A stretch of DNA of 64,000 bases from an uncultured Bacillota bacterium (lineage in GTDB: Bacteria > Sysuimicrobiota > Sysuimicrobiia > Sysuimicrobiales > Segetimicrobiaceae): positions 1-64,000 of the forward strand of contig CAWDRG010000010.1 in the NCBI GenBank assembly GCA_963804645.1, read 5' to 3'. Both the position numbers and the translations under genes were made by a program. Below are positions 1 through 9,563 of this stretch, one piece after another (within the stretch, counting starts at the first letter, position 1; the number at the start of each line of letters is the position of its first letter). Below the pieces are notes generated by a model that was not told the origin of the DNA, made no database searches, and saw nothing but the letters and a program-made list of their open reading frames with translations.

Positions 1-6
1 TAGCGA

Positions 7-891
7 ATGCCGCACCGCACGGTCGCCTCCGGCGGCCTGCACCTCCGGCGCACGCTCGACTCCGGACAGGCGTTTCGGTGGCGGTGGGAGGCGGCCCCGG
101 ACGGCGGCGAGATCGCGGTCGGGGTCATCGGCCGGCACCGCGTCCGCGTTCGCCAGGATGCCCGGGGCATTCAGCTGCTGTCCCCGCGCTCCGTGGCCGC
201 CGGAGACGCCCTCGTCCGCTATCTGGCTCTCGAGGAGCGGCGCCGCGGTGCAGCGGGCCCGGCCGCGCAGGCTCTCCCCGAGATCGAAGCGACCCTTGCC
301 GCGGACCCGGTGCTTGCCAGGATTTTGCCGCATACGCGCGGCACCGGCCTGCTTGTCCAGGATCCGTGGGAAGTCGTGATCTCGTTCGTCATCTCGCAGA
401 ACAACAACATCCCCAAGATCGCACGGTCGATCGACGGTCTCGCCCGCGCGCTGGGCGAGCCCCTCGGGGCCGGCGTGCACGCGTTTCCGACCCCGCAGCG
501 ACTGGTGGAGGCGCACCCGCGTACGCTGCGGGCGTGCCACCTCGGCTACCGGGCACCGTACGTTCGGGAAGCGGCGCGCCGGGTCGCCGACGGGCGGCTC
601 GACCTGGACGCGCTGCGGCGCCTGCCCGAGGACGAAGCGCGCGCGGCGCTGTGCGAGGTCCCGGGGATCGGCGAGAAGGTGGCCGACTGCATCCTTCTGT
701 TCGCGCTCGGGCGCGCGGCCACGTTTCCGGTGGACGTCTGGGTCCAGCGGGCGGTGGAGCGTCTCTACTTCCGCGGCGAGCCGAGACCGGTGCGCGAGGT
801 GCGTGCGTTCGCCCGCGCGCGCTTCGGGCCGCTCGCCGGCTACGCGCAGCAGCATCTGTTCGCGTACGCGCGAGGGTACCTCAAAGGGTGA
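7..891 (+). CDS. 8-oxoguanine DNA glycosylase (OGG_N + HhH-GPD family)
   Basis: TLDSGQAFRW N-terminal motif, QDPWEVVISFVISQNNNIPKI, HhH motif VPGIGEKVADC and FPVDVW. Confidence 0.9.
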   Translation: MPHRTVASGGLHLRRTLDSGQAFRWRWEAAPDGGEIAVGVIGRHRVRVRQDARGIQLLSPRSVAAGDALVRYLALEERRRGAAGPAAQALPEIEATLAADPVLARILPHTRGTGLLVQDPWEVVISFVISQNNNIPKIARSIDGLARALGEPLGAGVHAFPTPQRLVEAHPRTLRACHLGYRAPYVREAARRVADGRLDLDALRRLPEDEARAALCEVPGIGEKVADCILLFALGRAATFPVDVWVQRAVERLYFRGEPRPVREVRAFARARFGPLAGYAQQHLFAYARGYLKG

Positions 892-982
892 GCGTGACGA
901 AGGAACCGGGGTGGCACCGAAGAACGAATGCGGGCGCCACACCGGATCTGTAGGGCTTACCGAGTTCCTTCAAGAGGCGCCA

Positions 983-1735
983 ATGCCGTCCATGCTGATT
1001 CACCAAATCTGGCTGCAGGGTGCAGACGCGATCCCGGGTCACTATCGAGACTACGCAGAATCGTGGCGTACCATGAATTCGAGGTTTACGCATCCGATCT
1101 GGACGGACGCGCACATCTCGCAACTGCTCCAGGCTCATTATCCGCGGCTGTCACGGCTCTACAGGAGTTACCCGCATCTAATCCAGCGTGCGGACGTCGG
1201 ACGGTACGCGATCCTACATCATTACGGCGGGCTGTACGCGGATATGGATTCTCGTTGTACCCGGCCAATCGTTGGCCTGCTGAGCGAGGCCGCTCATGGT
1301 GAACGCGCACTCCTGGAAGGCGTTCATGGAGTGACCATCCGGGTCGGGATGTCGATCGAGCAGCTTCTTGCCAGAGCTCCGCGTTGGCCGACCGAAGCGG
1401 TGAATAACTCCTTCCTCTACGCTCCTCGCCCCGGTCATCCCCTGATCACAGCCATTGTGGACAGACTGCCCCGTGCCGCAACGCGGCAGGGATTGCACTT
1501 GGAACACCACATCTCACGAACGACTGGACCCCTGTTCCTGTCGCGATGCTTATTCGAACTGTGGCGAGACGGCGTCGCGCCTGAGTATCGGGTCCTGTCG
1601 CCGGAGGTGATCGATGCCTACCGCACTCACGATACCGATGTGAACTGGATGCGAGAGCGTCCACTCTACCGCCGCTTTGTACGATCGCGCCTCGCCTGGG
1701 AGAAAAAACGGTACGTTCCGCATGCAGGGGCGTAA
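983..1735 (+). CDS. Glycosyltransferase family 32 (Och1-like, DXD motif)
   Basis: IHQIW, RADVGRYAILHHYGGLYADMD, PGHP and TTGPLF motifs; ATG at 983 after GAGG; visibly lower GC than flanks. Confidence 0.85.
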   Translation: MPSMLIHQIWLQGADAIPGHYRDYAESWRTMNSRFTHPIWTDAHISQLLQAHYPRLSRLYRSYPHLIQRADVGRYAILHHYGGLYADMDSRCTRPIVGLLSEAAHGERALLEGVHGVTIRVGMSIEQLLARAPRWPTEAVNNSFLYAPRPGHPLITAIVDRLPRAATRQGLHLEHHISRTTGPLFLSRCLFELWRDGVAPEYRVLSPEVIDAYRTHDTDVNWMRERPLYRRFVRSRLAWEKKRYVPHAGA

Positions 1736-1845
1736 TCGTGAAGGAACGTTGCACGCGGCGGCGAGGGGATGCCGCAAGCCGGCAACTGGATGGTCCAAGT
1801 CTCGGAGGTCCCGCGTAGAAGCGACGGGGGCGGCGGACGTCGCCG

Positions 1846-2898
1846 TTAGCGCATTGACACCGTAATTGCGCCCGACCCGGGCTCCGTGATCTCCCCGATG
1901 ACCGCCACGACCGATACCTCGCGGCGGCGCAGCGCGGCGCGGAGCGGCTCGAGGCGCGCCTCCGGCACCGCGATCAGGAGACCGCCCGAGGTCTGCGCGT
2001 CGCACAGGATCACCTGCGCGTCCTCGGGCACGCCGTCCCACAAGACGGCATTCGCGACCGCCTCGCGATTGCGCTGCGTGCCGCCGGGGACCGCCCCCGC
2101 GCGGACCAGCGCCCAGGCCTCCTCGAGCACCGGCACGGCGTCGGCGTGGATGTGGGCCCGCACGCCCGCCGCGCGGGTCATCTCGTGCAAGTGCCCGAGC
2201 AGCCCGAACCCGGTGACGTCGGTCGCCGCGGACACGCCGACCTCGAGCATCGCCTCGGCCGCCCCGCGGTTGAGCGCGGCCATGACCGCGATCGCCGCCT
2301 CGGCGGTCCCCGGGGTCGTGCGTTCCTGCTTGATCCCGGTCGTGATCACGCCCATGCCGAGCGGCTTCGTCAGCACCAGCCGGTCGCCGGGCCGGGCGGT
2401 GGCGTTCGTGACGATCCGCCCGGGGTGGACGAACCCGGTGACGGCCAGCCCGAACTTCGGCTCGGGATCGTCGATCGTGTGCCCGCCGATGACGGCCACG
2501 CCGGCCTCCGTGCACTTGTCGCCGCCGCCGCGGAAGATCTCGCCCAGCACGTCGAGCGGCAGCCGGGCCCGCGGGAACCCCGCGATGTTCAAGGCCAGGC
2601 GGGGCGCGGCCCCCATCGCGTACACGTCGCTCATGGCGTTCGCGGCCGCGATCGCCCCGAACCAGTACGGGGAGTCGACGACCGGCGTGAACACGTCGAC
2701 CGTCTGCACCAGGGCAATTTCGGGCGTGACGAGGTACACTCCGGCGTCGTCCTGGGTGGCGGTCCCCACCAGGACGGCGGGGTCGGCGATCGGGGGCAGG
2801 TGGCGCAGCACGTGCGCCAGGTCCGTCGGACTCAGCTTCGATGCTCAGCCGGCGCAGGCCACCATGCTGGTGAGCCTGATCCGCTCACGCTCGCTCAT
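1846..2898 (-). CDS. selD: Selenide, water dikinase (selenophosphate synthetase), Sec-containing; in-frame TGA at 2845-2847
   Basis: Reads MSERERIRLTSMVACAG-U-ASKLSPTDL into the 1846-2811 ORF; DDAGVY, QTVDVFTP, ANAMSDVYAMG, GGHT, TDVTGFGL, QTSGGLL motifs; GAGAGGGG RBS before ATG 2898. Confidence 0.95.
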
Positions 2899-2965
2899 CG
2901 ATCCCCTCTCCGCCCGGGCGGTCCGGGCCGCCTCGGCGCCCCCCAGGTGCTCCGGCGCCGGGTTC

Positions 2966-2974
2966 ATTGTAGCA
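2966..2974 (-). promoter_or_regulatory. Extended -10 element (TGCTACAAT) for selD
   Basis: TGn-TACAAT on minus strand about 70 nt upstream of selD start. Confidence 0.55.
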
Positions 2975-3019
2975 TTGGCGCAGGCCGCCGAAATTCCGTT
3001 TCTCACCGGACCGGTCGCC

Positions 3020-3028
3020 TGTTATAGT
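3020..3028 (+). promoter_or_regulatory. Extended -10 element (TGTTATAGT) for the LysR gene
   Basis: TGn-TATAGT 18 nt upstream of ATG 3047; back-to-back with the selD promoter. Confidence 0.55.
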
Positions 3029-3046
3029 AGGGTCCAGAGACGCGCG

Positions 3047-3997
3047 ATGGCGATCAACCTGCACCAGCTCAAGATCTTTCATACCGTGGCGAAGTCCGGG
3101 AGCTTCTCCCGCGCCGCCGCGGAACTCATGATCAGCCAGCCGTCCGTCAGCATCCAGGTGGGCGACCTCGAGCGGCAGTTCGGAGTCGATCTGTTCGAGC
3201 AGGCGGGGAAGACGGTCCGGCTGACCGAGGCGGGCCGGATCCTCGACGACTACGCGAACCAGATCCTCACGCTCATCGAGGACACGCGCCGCGCGATGGA
3301 CGAGGTCCGCGGGATGCGCCGCGGGCGGCTCCTGATCGGCGCCACGCAGACGCCCGGGACGTATCTGCTCCCGAAGGTGCTCGGCCGCCTCAAGACTCAG
3401 TACACGCACCTCGAGATCGCGCTGCGGATCGCCAACACGCGGCGCATCCAGGAGATGCTGCTCCGGCGCGAGATCGACGTCGGCGTCGTCGGCGGGCGCG
3501 TGACGTTTCCGGACCTCGAGACGGTCACGCTCGCCACGGACGAGCTCGTGCTCGTGACCGCGCCGGGACACAAGTTCACATCCCTGCCGTCGGTGCGCGT
3601 CGCCGACCTGTCCGGCGAGCCGTTCATCCTGCTCGAGCGCGGCTCGGGCACCCGCGAGGCCCTCGACGACGCCCTGCACCGCGTCGGCATTCACATCACC
3701 CCGGCGCTCGAGCTCGAGAGCATCGAGACGGTCAAGCAGTCGGTCGCCGCCAATCTGGGGGTCTCGATCCTTTCGCGCGACGCGGTCGCGCTGGACGTCG
3801 CGGCGGAGCGGCTGCGGATCGTTCCGGTCGACGAGCTGCGGATCCAGCGGGAGATCGTGCTCGTCTACCACCGAGACCGCCGCCTGCCGCCGATCGCCCG
3901 CGCGTTCGTCGATCTGGTGACGTCGCCCGCGCGTGACGCCGCCGTTCCCCAAGAGACCCCGAGCGGCGCCGCGTCGGGCACCGCCGACGGCGGATAG
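3047..3997 (+). CDS. LysR-family transcriptional regulator (CysL-like), divergent from selD
   Basis: NLHQLKIF..SGSFSRAA..L.ISQPSVS.QV..LE HTH; ERGSGTR; true start MAINL at 3047. Confidence 0.93.
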   Translation: MAINLHQLKIFHTVAKSGSFSRAAAELMISQPSVSIQVGDLERQFGVDLFEQAGKTVRLTEAGRILDDYANQILTLIEDTRRAMDEVRGMRRGRLLIGATQTPGTYLLPKVLGRLKTQYTHLEIALRIANTRRIQEMLLRREIDVGVVGGRVTFPDLETVTLATDELVLVTAPGHKFTSLPSVRVADLSGEPFILLERGSGTREALDDALHRVGIHITPALELESIETVKQSVAANLGVSILSRDAVALDVAAERLRIVPVDELRIQREIVLVYHRDRRLPPIARAFVDLVTSPARDAAVPQETPSGAASGTADGG

Positions 3998-4049
3998 CGT
4001 GGCGGCCGGACTGGACCGAGCACCGCGGCCGGCGGGAGGAGACGACCGG

Positions 4050-4520
4050 TTGGAGATCTTCGAGATCGTGACAGACAAACTGTATCAGCGCGGCGCGCCC
4101 GAGGACGTGGGGGAATGGCAGTCTGTGCTGGCGCTCAAGATCGACGTGGTGTTGGATCTGTTCGGGACGCTGGACCCCGGCGTCCCGACGGCGCCGAACT
4201 CAATCCTCTACATGTTCTGGCCGATCGAGGACCATCCCCAGCTCCCGGACGTGCAGATCATGAACATCCTCGTCGACACGATCGTGCGGCTGATCCAAGC
4301 CGGCCACAAAGTGCTCGTCCACTGCCATAAAGGCAAGAGCCGGTCGGGCATGATCAACGCGCTCGTCGTCCGGCAGCTGCACGGGATCAGCGGCGCGGAC
4401 GCGGTCGATCTCGTGCGCCAACAGCGCCCCGGGTCGCTCGGCAATCAGGTCTTCGCCACCTACGTCCAGGGGCTGGCGGCGCCGGCGGCACCCGCGCCCG
4501 CGACTGCCCCGCCCACGTAA
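4050..4520 (+). CDS. Dual-specificity/protein-tyrosine phosphatase family protein
   Basis: VLVHCHKGKSRSG P-loop (HCxxGxxR), WPIED acid loop; TTG start after GGGAGG. Confidence 0.85.
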   Translation: MEIFEIVTDKLYQRGAPEDVGEWQSVLALKIDVVLDLFGTLDPGVPTAPNSILYMFWPIEDHPQLPDVQIMNILVDTIVRLIQAGHKVLVHCHKGKSRSGMINALVVRQLHGISGADAVDLVRQQRPGSLGNQVFATYVQGLAAPAAPAPATAPPT

Positions 4521-4522
4521 CA

Positions 4523-4553
4523 GCGGCGCGCTCCCGCTGGGGGAACGCGCCGC
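4523..4553. terminator. GC-rich hairpin between convergent genes
   Basis: GCGGCGCG...CGCGCCGC inverted repeat; no U-tract. Confidence 0.5.
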
Positions 4554-4579
4554 CGCGTTCGCGTGCCGGATCGCGCCGG

Positions 4580-6127
4580 CTACGGGGTCATCCAGGTCGT
4601 GCGCAGGCCCAAGTATGACGTGTTGGTGTAGTGCTGGTAGCCGTGAACGTTCTTCCGCAGCGCCTCGTACTGGGTCGAGTAGAACAGAAACACCATCGGC
4701 ACCGTGTCCTGCAGCAGCTGCTGCGCCTGCTGATAGATCGCCCGCCGCTGCGCCTCCGCGGAGACCGCCCGCCCCTGATCCAGCAGCTTGTCGAACTGCG
4801 GGTCCGAGTATCCCATGACGTTCAAGCTGGCACCCGTGTGGAAGTTGTTATAGAGGAAGTCGTCGGGGTCGACCTGGCCGGACGTCCCGAGGATCGTGAG
4901 CGTGTAGTGCTTGCCGATCACGGTCGGGAGGTACACACTCCAGTCGGCGGCCACGATCTTCACCCGAATGCCGATCTTGGCCAGCTGCGCCTGCACCAGC
5001 TCCGCCGGCGTCCGCAGGAAGTCGTACGTGCTCGTCACGTACATCTCCGCGTCCACCCCGTTCGCGAAGCCCGCCTCCGCCATCAGCTGCTTCCCTTTGT
5101 CCACGTCCACCTTGTTGTAGACGTTCTTTGTGAACGCGTAGTAGTTCCCCGGTGGAATCGCCGTCCCCGTCGCCGGCACCCCGCCGACGCCGAACAGCGC
5201 CGTGTCCACGATCTGCTTCCGGTCGATCGCCCACGCCATCGCCTGCCGCACCTTCACGTTGTTGAACGGCGGCACCGTCATATTAATGTAGAGTCCGCGG
5301 AAGTTGGCCGACAGGCCCCCGACCACCTGGATGTTCGAATCCCCCCGCAGGCTCTGCACCTCGGACGACGGGACGTACTCGATCCACTCGACGTTCCCGG
5401 TCTTCAGCGCCGTCACCCGCGCCACCGCGTCCGGATAGAAGTCAAACTCGATCCGGTCGATGTACGGCAGCCGCCGCCCCGTCGCGTCGAACCCCCAAAA
5501 GTCTCCGCTCCGCACCAGCACGAGGCGCTGCTGCGGCGTGTACTCCACGAACCGGTACGGGCCCGTCCCCACGGGCTCCGTGTTCAAGTCGCCGTCCTTC
5601 TCCACCACCTCGTGCGGCACGATCACGTTCGTGGACAGCGCCAGCTTCGCCAGCATCGGCGAGAACGGCTGCTTCAGCCGGATCGCCACCGTGAGCGGTC
5701 CCGTCGCCGTCACCGAATCGACGATCGCGAAGTCCGACGCCCGCGGCGACTTCGTCTTCGGGTCCCGGATCCGGTTCAGCGAGTACACCACGTCGTCCGC
5801 GGTCATCGCCCGCCCGTTGTGGAACTTCACGTTCCCCCGCAGCGTGAACGTCCACACAAGCCCGTCCGGGGACGCCGCCCACGACGACGCGAGGCCGGGA
5901 ATGATCCGCAAGTTGGGGTCGACCTGCACCAGCGTGTCGTAGACGTTCTCCATCATGTTCCGCGTCGCGGTCGCCGTCGTCAGATGGGGATCGAGCCCCA
6001 CCGGATCGGTCTGCATCCCCGCGCGCAGCGTCCCCCCGTACCGCGGCCCCGGCGCCTGCGCCAGCACCGTCGGCACGACCAGCAGCAGCACCAGTCCCAT
6101 GATCCCGAGCCACCGCAGCATCCGCAT
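4580..6127 (-). CDS. ABC peptide/nickel-type (family 5) substrate-binding protein, copy 2
   Basis: Signal peptide MRMLRWLGIMGLVLLLVVPTVLA; LDPH, VKFHNG, VGTGPY, KVRQAM motifs; GGGAGGGAGAG RBS. Confidence 0.92.
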   Translation of the reverse strand: MRMLRWLGIMGLVLLLVVPTVLAQAPGPRYGGTLRAGMQTDPVGLDPHLTTATATRNMMENVYDTLVQVDPNLRIIPGLASSWAASPDGLVWTFTLRGNVKFHNGRAMTADDVVYSLNRIRDPKTKSPRASDFAIVDSVTATGPLTVAIRLKQPFSPMLAKLALSTNVIVPHEVVEKDGDLNTEPVGTGPYRFVEYTPQQRLVLVRSGDFWGFDATGRRLPYIDRIEFDFYPDAVARVTALKTGNVEWIEYVPSSEVQSLRGDSNIQVVGGLSANFRGLYINMTVPPFNNVKVRQAMAWAIDRKQIVDTALFGVGGVPATGTAIPPGNYYAFTKNVYNKVDVDKGKQLMAEAGFANGVDAEMYVTSTYDFLRTPAELVQAQLAKIGIRVKIVAADWSVYLPTVIGKHYTLTILGTSGQVDPDDFLYNNFHTGASLNVMGYSDPQFDKLLDQGRAVSAEAQRRAIYQQAQQLLQDTVPMVFLFYSTQYEALRKNVHGYQHYTNTSYLGLRTTWMTP

Positions 6128-6183
6128 CGTCTCTCCCTCCCGGATCGTCTTCCCGGACCCCCGTCGCGCGCCGGCCCGGCCGC

Positions 6184-7731
6184 CTAGGGGGTCATCCACG
6201 TCGTGCGCAGTCCCAGGTACGATGTCGTGAGCCAGTGCTGGTACCCGTGGACGTTGTTCCGCAGCGCCTCGTACTGGGTCGAGTAGAACAGGAAGACCAT
6301 CGGCACCGTGTCCTGCAGCCGCTGCTGCGCCTGCTGGTAGATCGCCCGCCGCTGCGCCTCCGAGGACACCGCCCGCCCCTGTTCCACCAGCTTGTCGAAC
6401 TGCGCGTCCGAATAGTTCAGGTAGTTGCTGGCGACCCCAGTATGGAACGGATTATAAAGGAAGTCGTCGGGATCCGCCTGGCCGGAGTTGCCGAGAATCG
6501 TGAGCGTGTAGTGCTTCTGGAATACGGTCGGCAGGTACACGCTCCAGTCCGCCGCCACGATCTTCGTCCGAATCCCGACCTTCGCCAGTTGGGCCTGCAC
6601 CAGCTCCGCCGGCGTGCGCAGAAAGTCGTACGTGCTCGTCACGTACAGCTCCGCGTCCACCCCGTTCGGGAAGCCGGCCTCCGCCATCAGCTGCTTCCCC
6701 TTGTCCACGTCCACCTTGTTGTACACGTTCTTCGTCATCGAATAGTAGTTCCCGGGTGGAATCGTCGTCCCCGCCGCCACGATCCCGCCCACACCGAACA
6801 GGGCCGTGTCCACGATCTGCTTCCGGTCCACCGCCCACGCCATCGCCTGGCGCACCTTCACGTTGTTGAACGGCGGCACGGCCGTGTTGATGTAGATCGC
6901 CCGGAAGTTGGCCGACAGGCCGCCGACCACCTGGACGTTCGAATCCCCCCGCAGGCTCTGCACCTCGGACGACGGCACGTACTCGATCCACTCGACGTTC
7001 CCGGTCTTGAGCGCCGTCACCCGCGCCACCGCGTCAGGATAGAAGTCGAACTCGATCCGGTCGATGTACGGCAGCCGCCGCCCGGTTGCGTCGTACCCCC
7101 AGAAGTCTCCGCTCCGCACCAGCACGAGGCGCTGCTGCGGCGTGTACTCGACGAACCGGTACGGGCCCGTCCCCACCGCCTCCGAGTTCAGGTCGCCGTC
7201 CTTCTCCACCACCTCGTGGGGCACGACCACGTTGGTCGAAAATCCGAGCTTGGCCAAGAGCGGCGAGAACGGCTGGTGGAGACGGATCGCCACCGTGAGC
7301 GGACCCGTCGCCGTGATCGTGTCGATGATCGCGAAATCCGACGCGTGCGGCGACTTCGTCTTCGGGTCCCGGATGCGGTTCAGCGAGTACACCACGTCGT
7401 CCGCGGTCATTGCCCGCCCGTTGTGGAACTTCACGTTCCCCCGCAGCGTGAACGTCCACACAAGCCCGTCCGGGGACGTCTGCCACGACGTCGCCAGGCC
7501 GGGGACGATCCGCCCGGTCGGATCGATCTGCACGACCGTGTCGTAGACGTTCTCCATCATATTCCGCGTCGAGGTCGCCGTCGTCAGATGGGGATCGAGC
7601 CCCACCGGATCGGTCTGCATCCCCGCGCGCAGCGTCCCCCCGTACCGCGGCCCCGGCGCCTGCGCCAGCACCGTCGGCACGACCAGCAGCAGCGCCAGTC
7701 CCATGATTCCGAACCACCGCAGCATCCGCAT
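6184..7731 (-). CDS. ABC peptide/nickel-type (family 5) substrate-binding protein, copy 1
   Basis: Same motifs and same length (515 aa) as the adjacent copy. Confidence 0.92.
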   Translation of the reverse strand: MRMLRWFGIMGLALLLVVPTVLAQAPGPRYGGTLRAGMQTDPVGLDPHLTTATSTRNMMENVYDTVVQIDPTGRIVPGLATSWQTSPDGLVWTFTLRGNVKFHNGRAMTADDVVYSLNRIRDPKTKSPHASDFAIIDTITATGPLTVAIRLHQPFSPLLAKLGFSTNVVVPHEVVEKDGDLNSEAVGTGPYRFVEYTPQQRLVLVRSGDFWGYDATGRRLPYIDRIEFDFYPDAVARVTALKTGNVEWIEYVPSSEVQSLRGDSNVQVVGGLSANFRAIYINTAVPPFNNVKVRQAMAWAVDRKQIVDTALFGVGGIVAAGTTIPPGNYYSMTKNVYNKVDVDKGKQLMAEAGFPNGVDAELYVTSTYDFLRTPAELVQAQLAKVGIRTKIVAADWSVYLPTVFQKHYTLTILGNSGQADPDDFLYNPFHTGVASNYLNYSDAQFDKLVEQGRAVSSEAQRRAIYQQAQQRLQDTVPMVFLFYSTQYEALRNNVHGYQHWLTTSYLGLRTTWMTP

Positions 7732-7753
7732 CGTCTCTCCCTCCCGGACCGGG

Positions 7754-8641
7754 TCAGCCGATCCCGTGCAGGTGCGGGTCGAGGGCGTCCCGTACGCCGT
7801 CGCCCACGAGGTTGAACCCGAGCACCGTCATCGTAATCGCAATCCCCGGCGCGATCGCCGGCCACCCGCTGAACGTCATGACCTCCCGCCCCTCTGCGAT
7901 CATCAGGCCCCAGCTCGGGGTGGGCGGCTGGGTGCCGAGCCCCAGAAACGACAGCGCCGCCTCGGCAAGGATCGCGAACGCCAGCCGGAGCGTGCTCTCT
8001 ACGATCAGCGGAGCGGCCGCGTTCGGCAGAATGTACCGCCGCATGATCAGGAGATCCCCGGCGCCGATCGCCCGTGCGGCGTCCACGTACTCCTCGTGGT
8101 GCACCGTCAGCACCGCGCCCCGGGCGACGCGCGCCATCGGGGCCGAGTACACGACCGCGATCGCGAGGACCACGTTCCAGAACCCGCCGCCGAGGAACGC
8201 GAGCAGCGCGATCGCGAGCAGGATCGCGGGGAACGCCAGCACGACGTCCGACACGCGCATCATGCTCGCGTCGAACCACCGGCCCCAGAACGCCGACAGC
8301 GCGCCGAGCGTCCCGCCGACCGCGAGCGCGGCGCCGACCGACAAGAGGCCCACGGACAGCGAGACGCGGCCCCCGTACAGGACGCGCGTCAGCAGATCGC
8401 GTCCGTACATATCGGTGCCGAGCAGGTGCGCCGCCGTCGGGGACTGAAGCCGCAGCGCCGGGGCGATCTGGACTGGGTCGTAGTGTGTGAGCAGCGGGGC
8501 GGCCACCGCCCCCGCGATGACGAGCGCGAGTAGCACCACGCCGACGCGCGCACCCGGATGCCGCCACACGCGCGCCCCGAGCCAGGGCACGCGCCGCGGC
8601 CTCGGCTTAGCCGTAACGAACGCGAGGGTCGATGAAGCCAT
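7754..8641 (-). CDS. ABC transporter permease (DppC/OppC type)
   Basis: HLLGTDMYGRD, EYVDAARAIGA EAA loop, LSFLGLG.QPPTPSWG. Confidence 0.92.
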   Translation of the reverse strand: MASSTLAFVTAKPRPRRVPWLGARVWRHPGARVGVVLLALVIAGAVAAPLLTHYDPVQIAPALRLQSPTAAHLLGTDMYGRDLLTRVLYGGRVSLSVGLLSVGAALAVGGTLGALSAFWGRWFDASMMRVSDVVLAFPAILLAIALLAFLGGGFWNVVLAIAVVYSAPMARVARGAVLTVHHEEYVDAARAIGAGDLLIMRRYILPNAAAPLIVESTLRLAFAILAEAALSFLGLGTQPPTPSWGLMIAEGREVMTFSGWPAIAPGIAITMTVLGFNLVGDGVRDALDPHLHGIG

Positions 8642-9563
8642 AGCACACGTCGACGCACAGGTTGACGAGAATGAACGAAAACGCGATCGCGACGACCGCC
8701 CCCTGCACCACCGGGTAGTCCCGCAGGTTGATGCCCTCGAGCGCGTAGCGGCCGATCCCGGGCAGGCTGAAGATCTGCTCGATGATCACCGCGCCGCCGA
8801 GCAGCGTACCGAACTGCAGCCCGACGACGGTAACGACGGGGATCAGGGCGTTCCGCAGCGCGTGCCAGAGGATGACGCGCGGCTCGTTGAGACCCTTCGC
8901 CCGCGCCGTCCTCACGTACGCCCGCGAGAGCACTTCGAGGAGGCAGCTGCGGACGATCCGGGCGATCGCCGCGGCGAGCGCCAACCCGAGCGACACCGCG
9001 GGCAGGATCATGCGGTCGAGGTTCGCCCCGAGCGCCTCCGCGGGCGAGATGTAGCCCGTCGGCGGCAGCCAGCCGAGCTTGAGCGAGAAGAGCAGGATGA
9101 GCAGCACCGCGAGCCAGAACGACGGCACGGACAGCCCCAGCAGCACGAACACGTTCGCGAGATAGTCGGGCGCGCGGCCGCGGTTGAGCGCGGCGACGAT
9201 GCCGGTCGGCACGCCGATCGCGAGCGCCACCGCGAGTCCGAGGCACGAGAGCTCCATCGTCACCGGGAACCGGTAGACGAGCTCCCGTCCGACCGGCAGG
9301 CCGGTCCGCAGTGACCTCCCGAGATCCCCCCGCACGGCCTGCCCCAGATAGTTGCTGAGCTGCACCGGGAGGGGTTCGTCGAGCCCGAACAGCTTCTTGA
9401 GCTCGGCGACGCGCTGCGGCGCGATCGAGCCTTCGAGGCTCACCATTTCCGTGACCACGTCGCCCGGGACCAGACGGATCAGCAGAAAGACGGCGATCAG
9501 GACGCCGAGCGCCGTCGGAATGGCCAGCGCAATCCGCCGAACGATGTAGACGCCCAGATGCAC
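8607..9563 (-). CDS. ABC transporter permease (DppB/OppB type)
   Basis: PGD, GDLGRS, YVRTARAKGL, HALRNALIP, RDYPVVQG. Confidence 0.92.
   Translation of the reverse strand: MHLGVYIVRRIALAIPTALGVLIAVFLLIRLVPGDVVTEMVSLEGSIAPQRVAELKKLFGLDEPLPVQLSNYLGQAVRGDLGRSLRTGLPVGRELVYRFPVTMELSCLGLAVALAIGVPTGIVAALNRGRAPDYLANVFVLLGLSVPSFWLAVLLILLFSLKLGWLPPTGYISPAEALGANLDRMILPAVSLGLALAAAIARIVRSCLLEVLSRAYVRTARAKGLNEPRVILWHALRNALIPVVTVVGLQFGTLLGGAVIIEQIFSLPGIGRYALEGINLRDYPVVQGAVVAIAFSFILVNLCVDVCYGFIDPRVRYG

Noticed and set aside
1886..3046. Apparent long N-terminal extension of LysR (703-aa ORF); similar extensions on serS, leuD, AlkA-like, SnoaL and Gfo ORFs
   Set aside because: Extensions overlap other genes; real starts are supported by domain boundaries and mostly by RBS motifs
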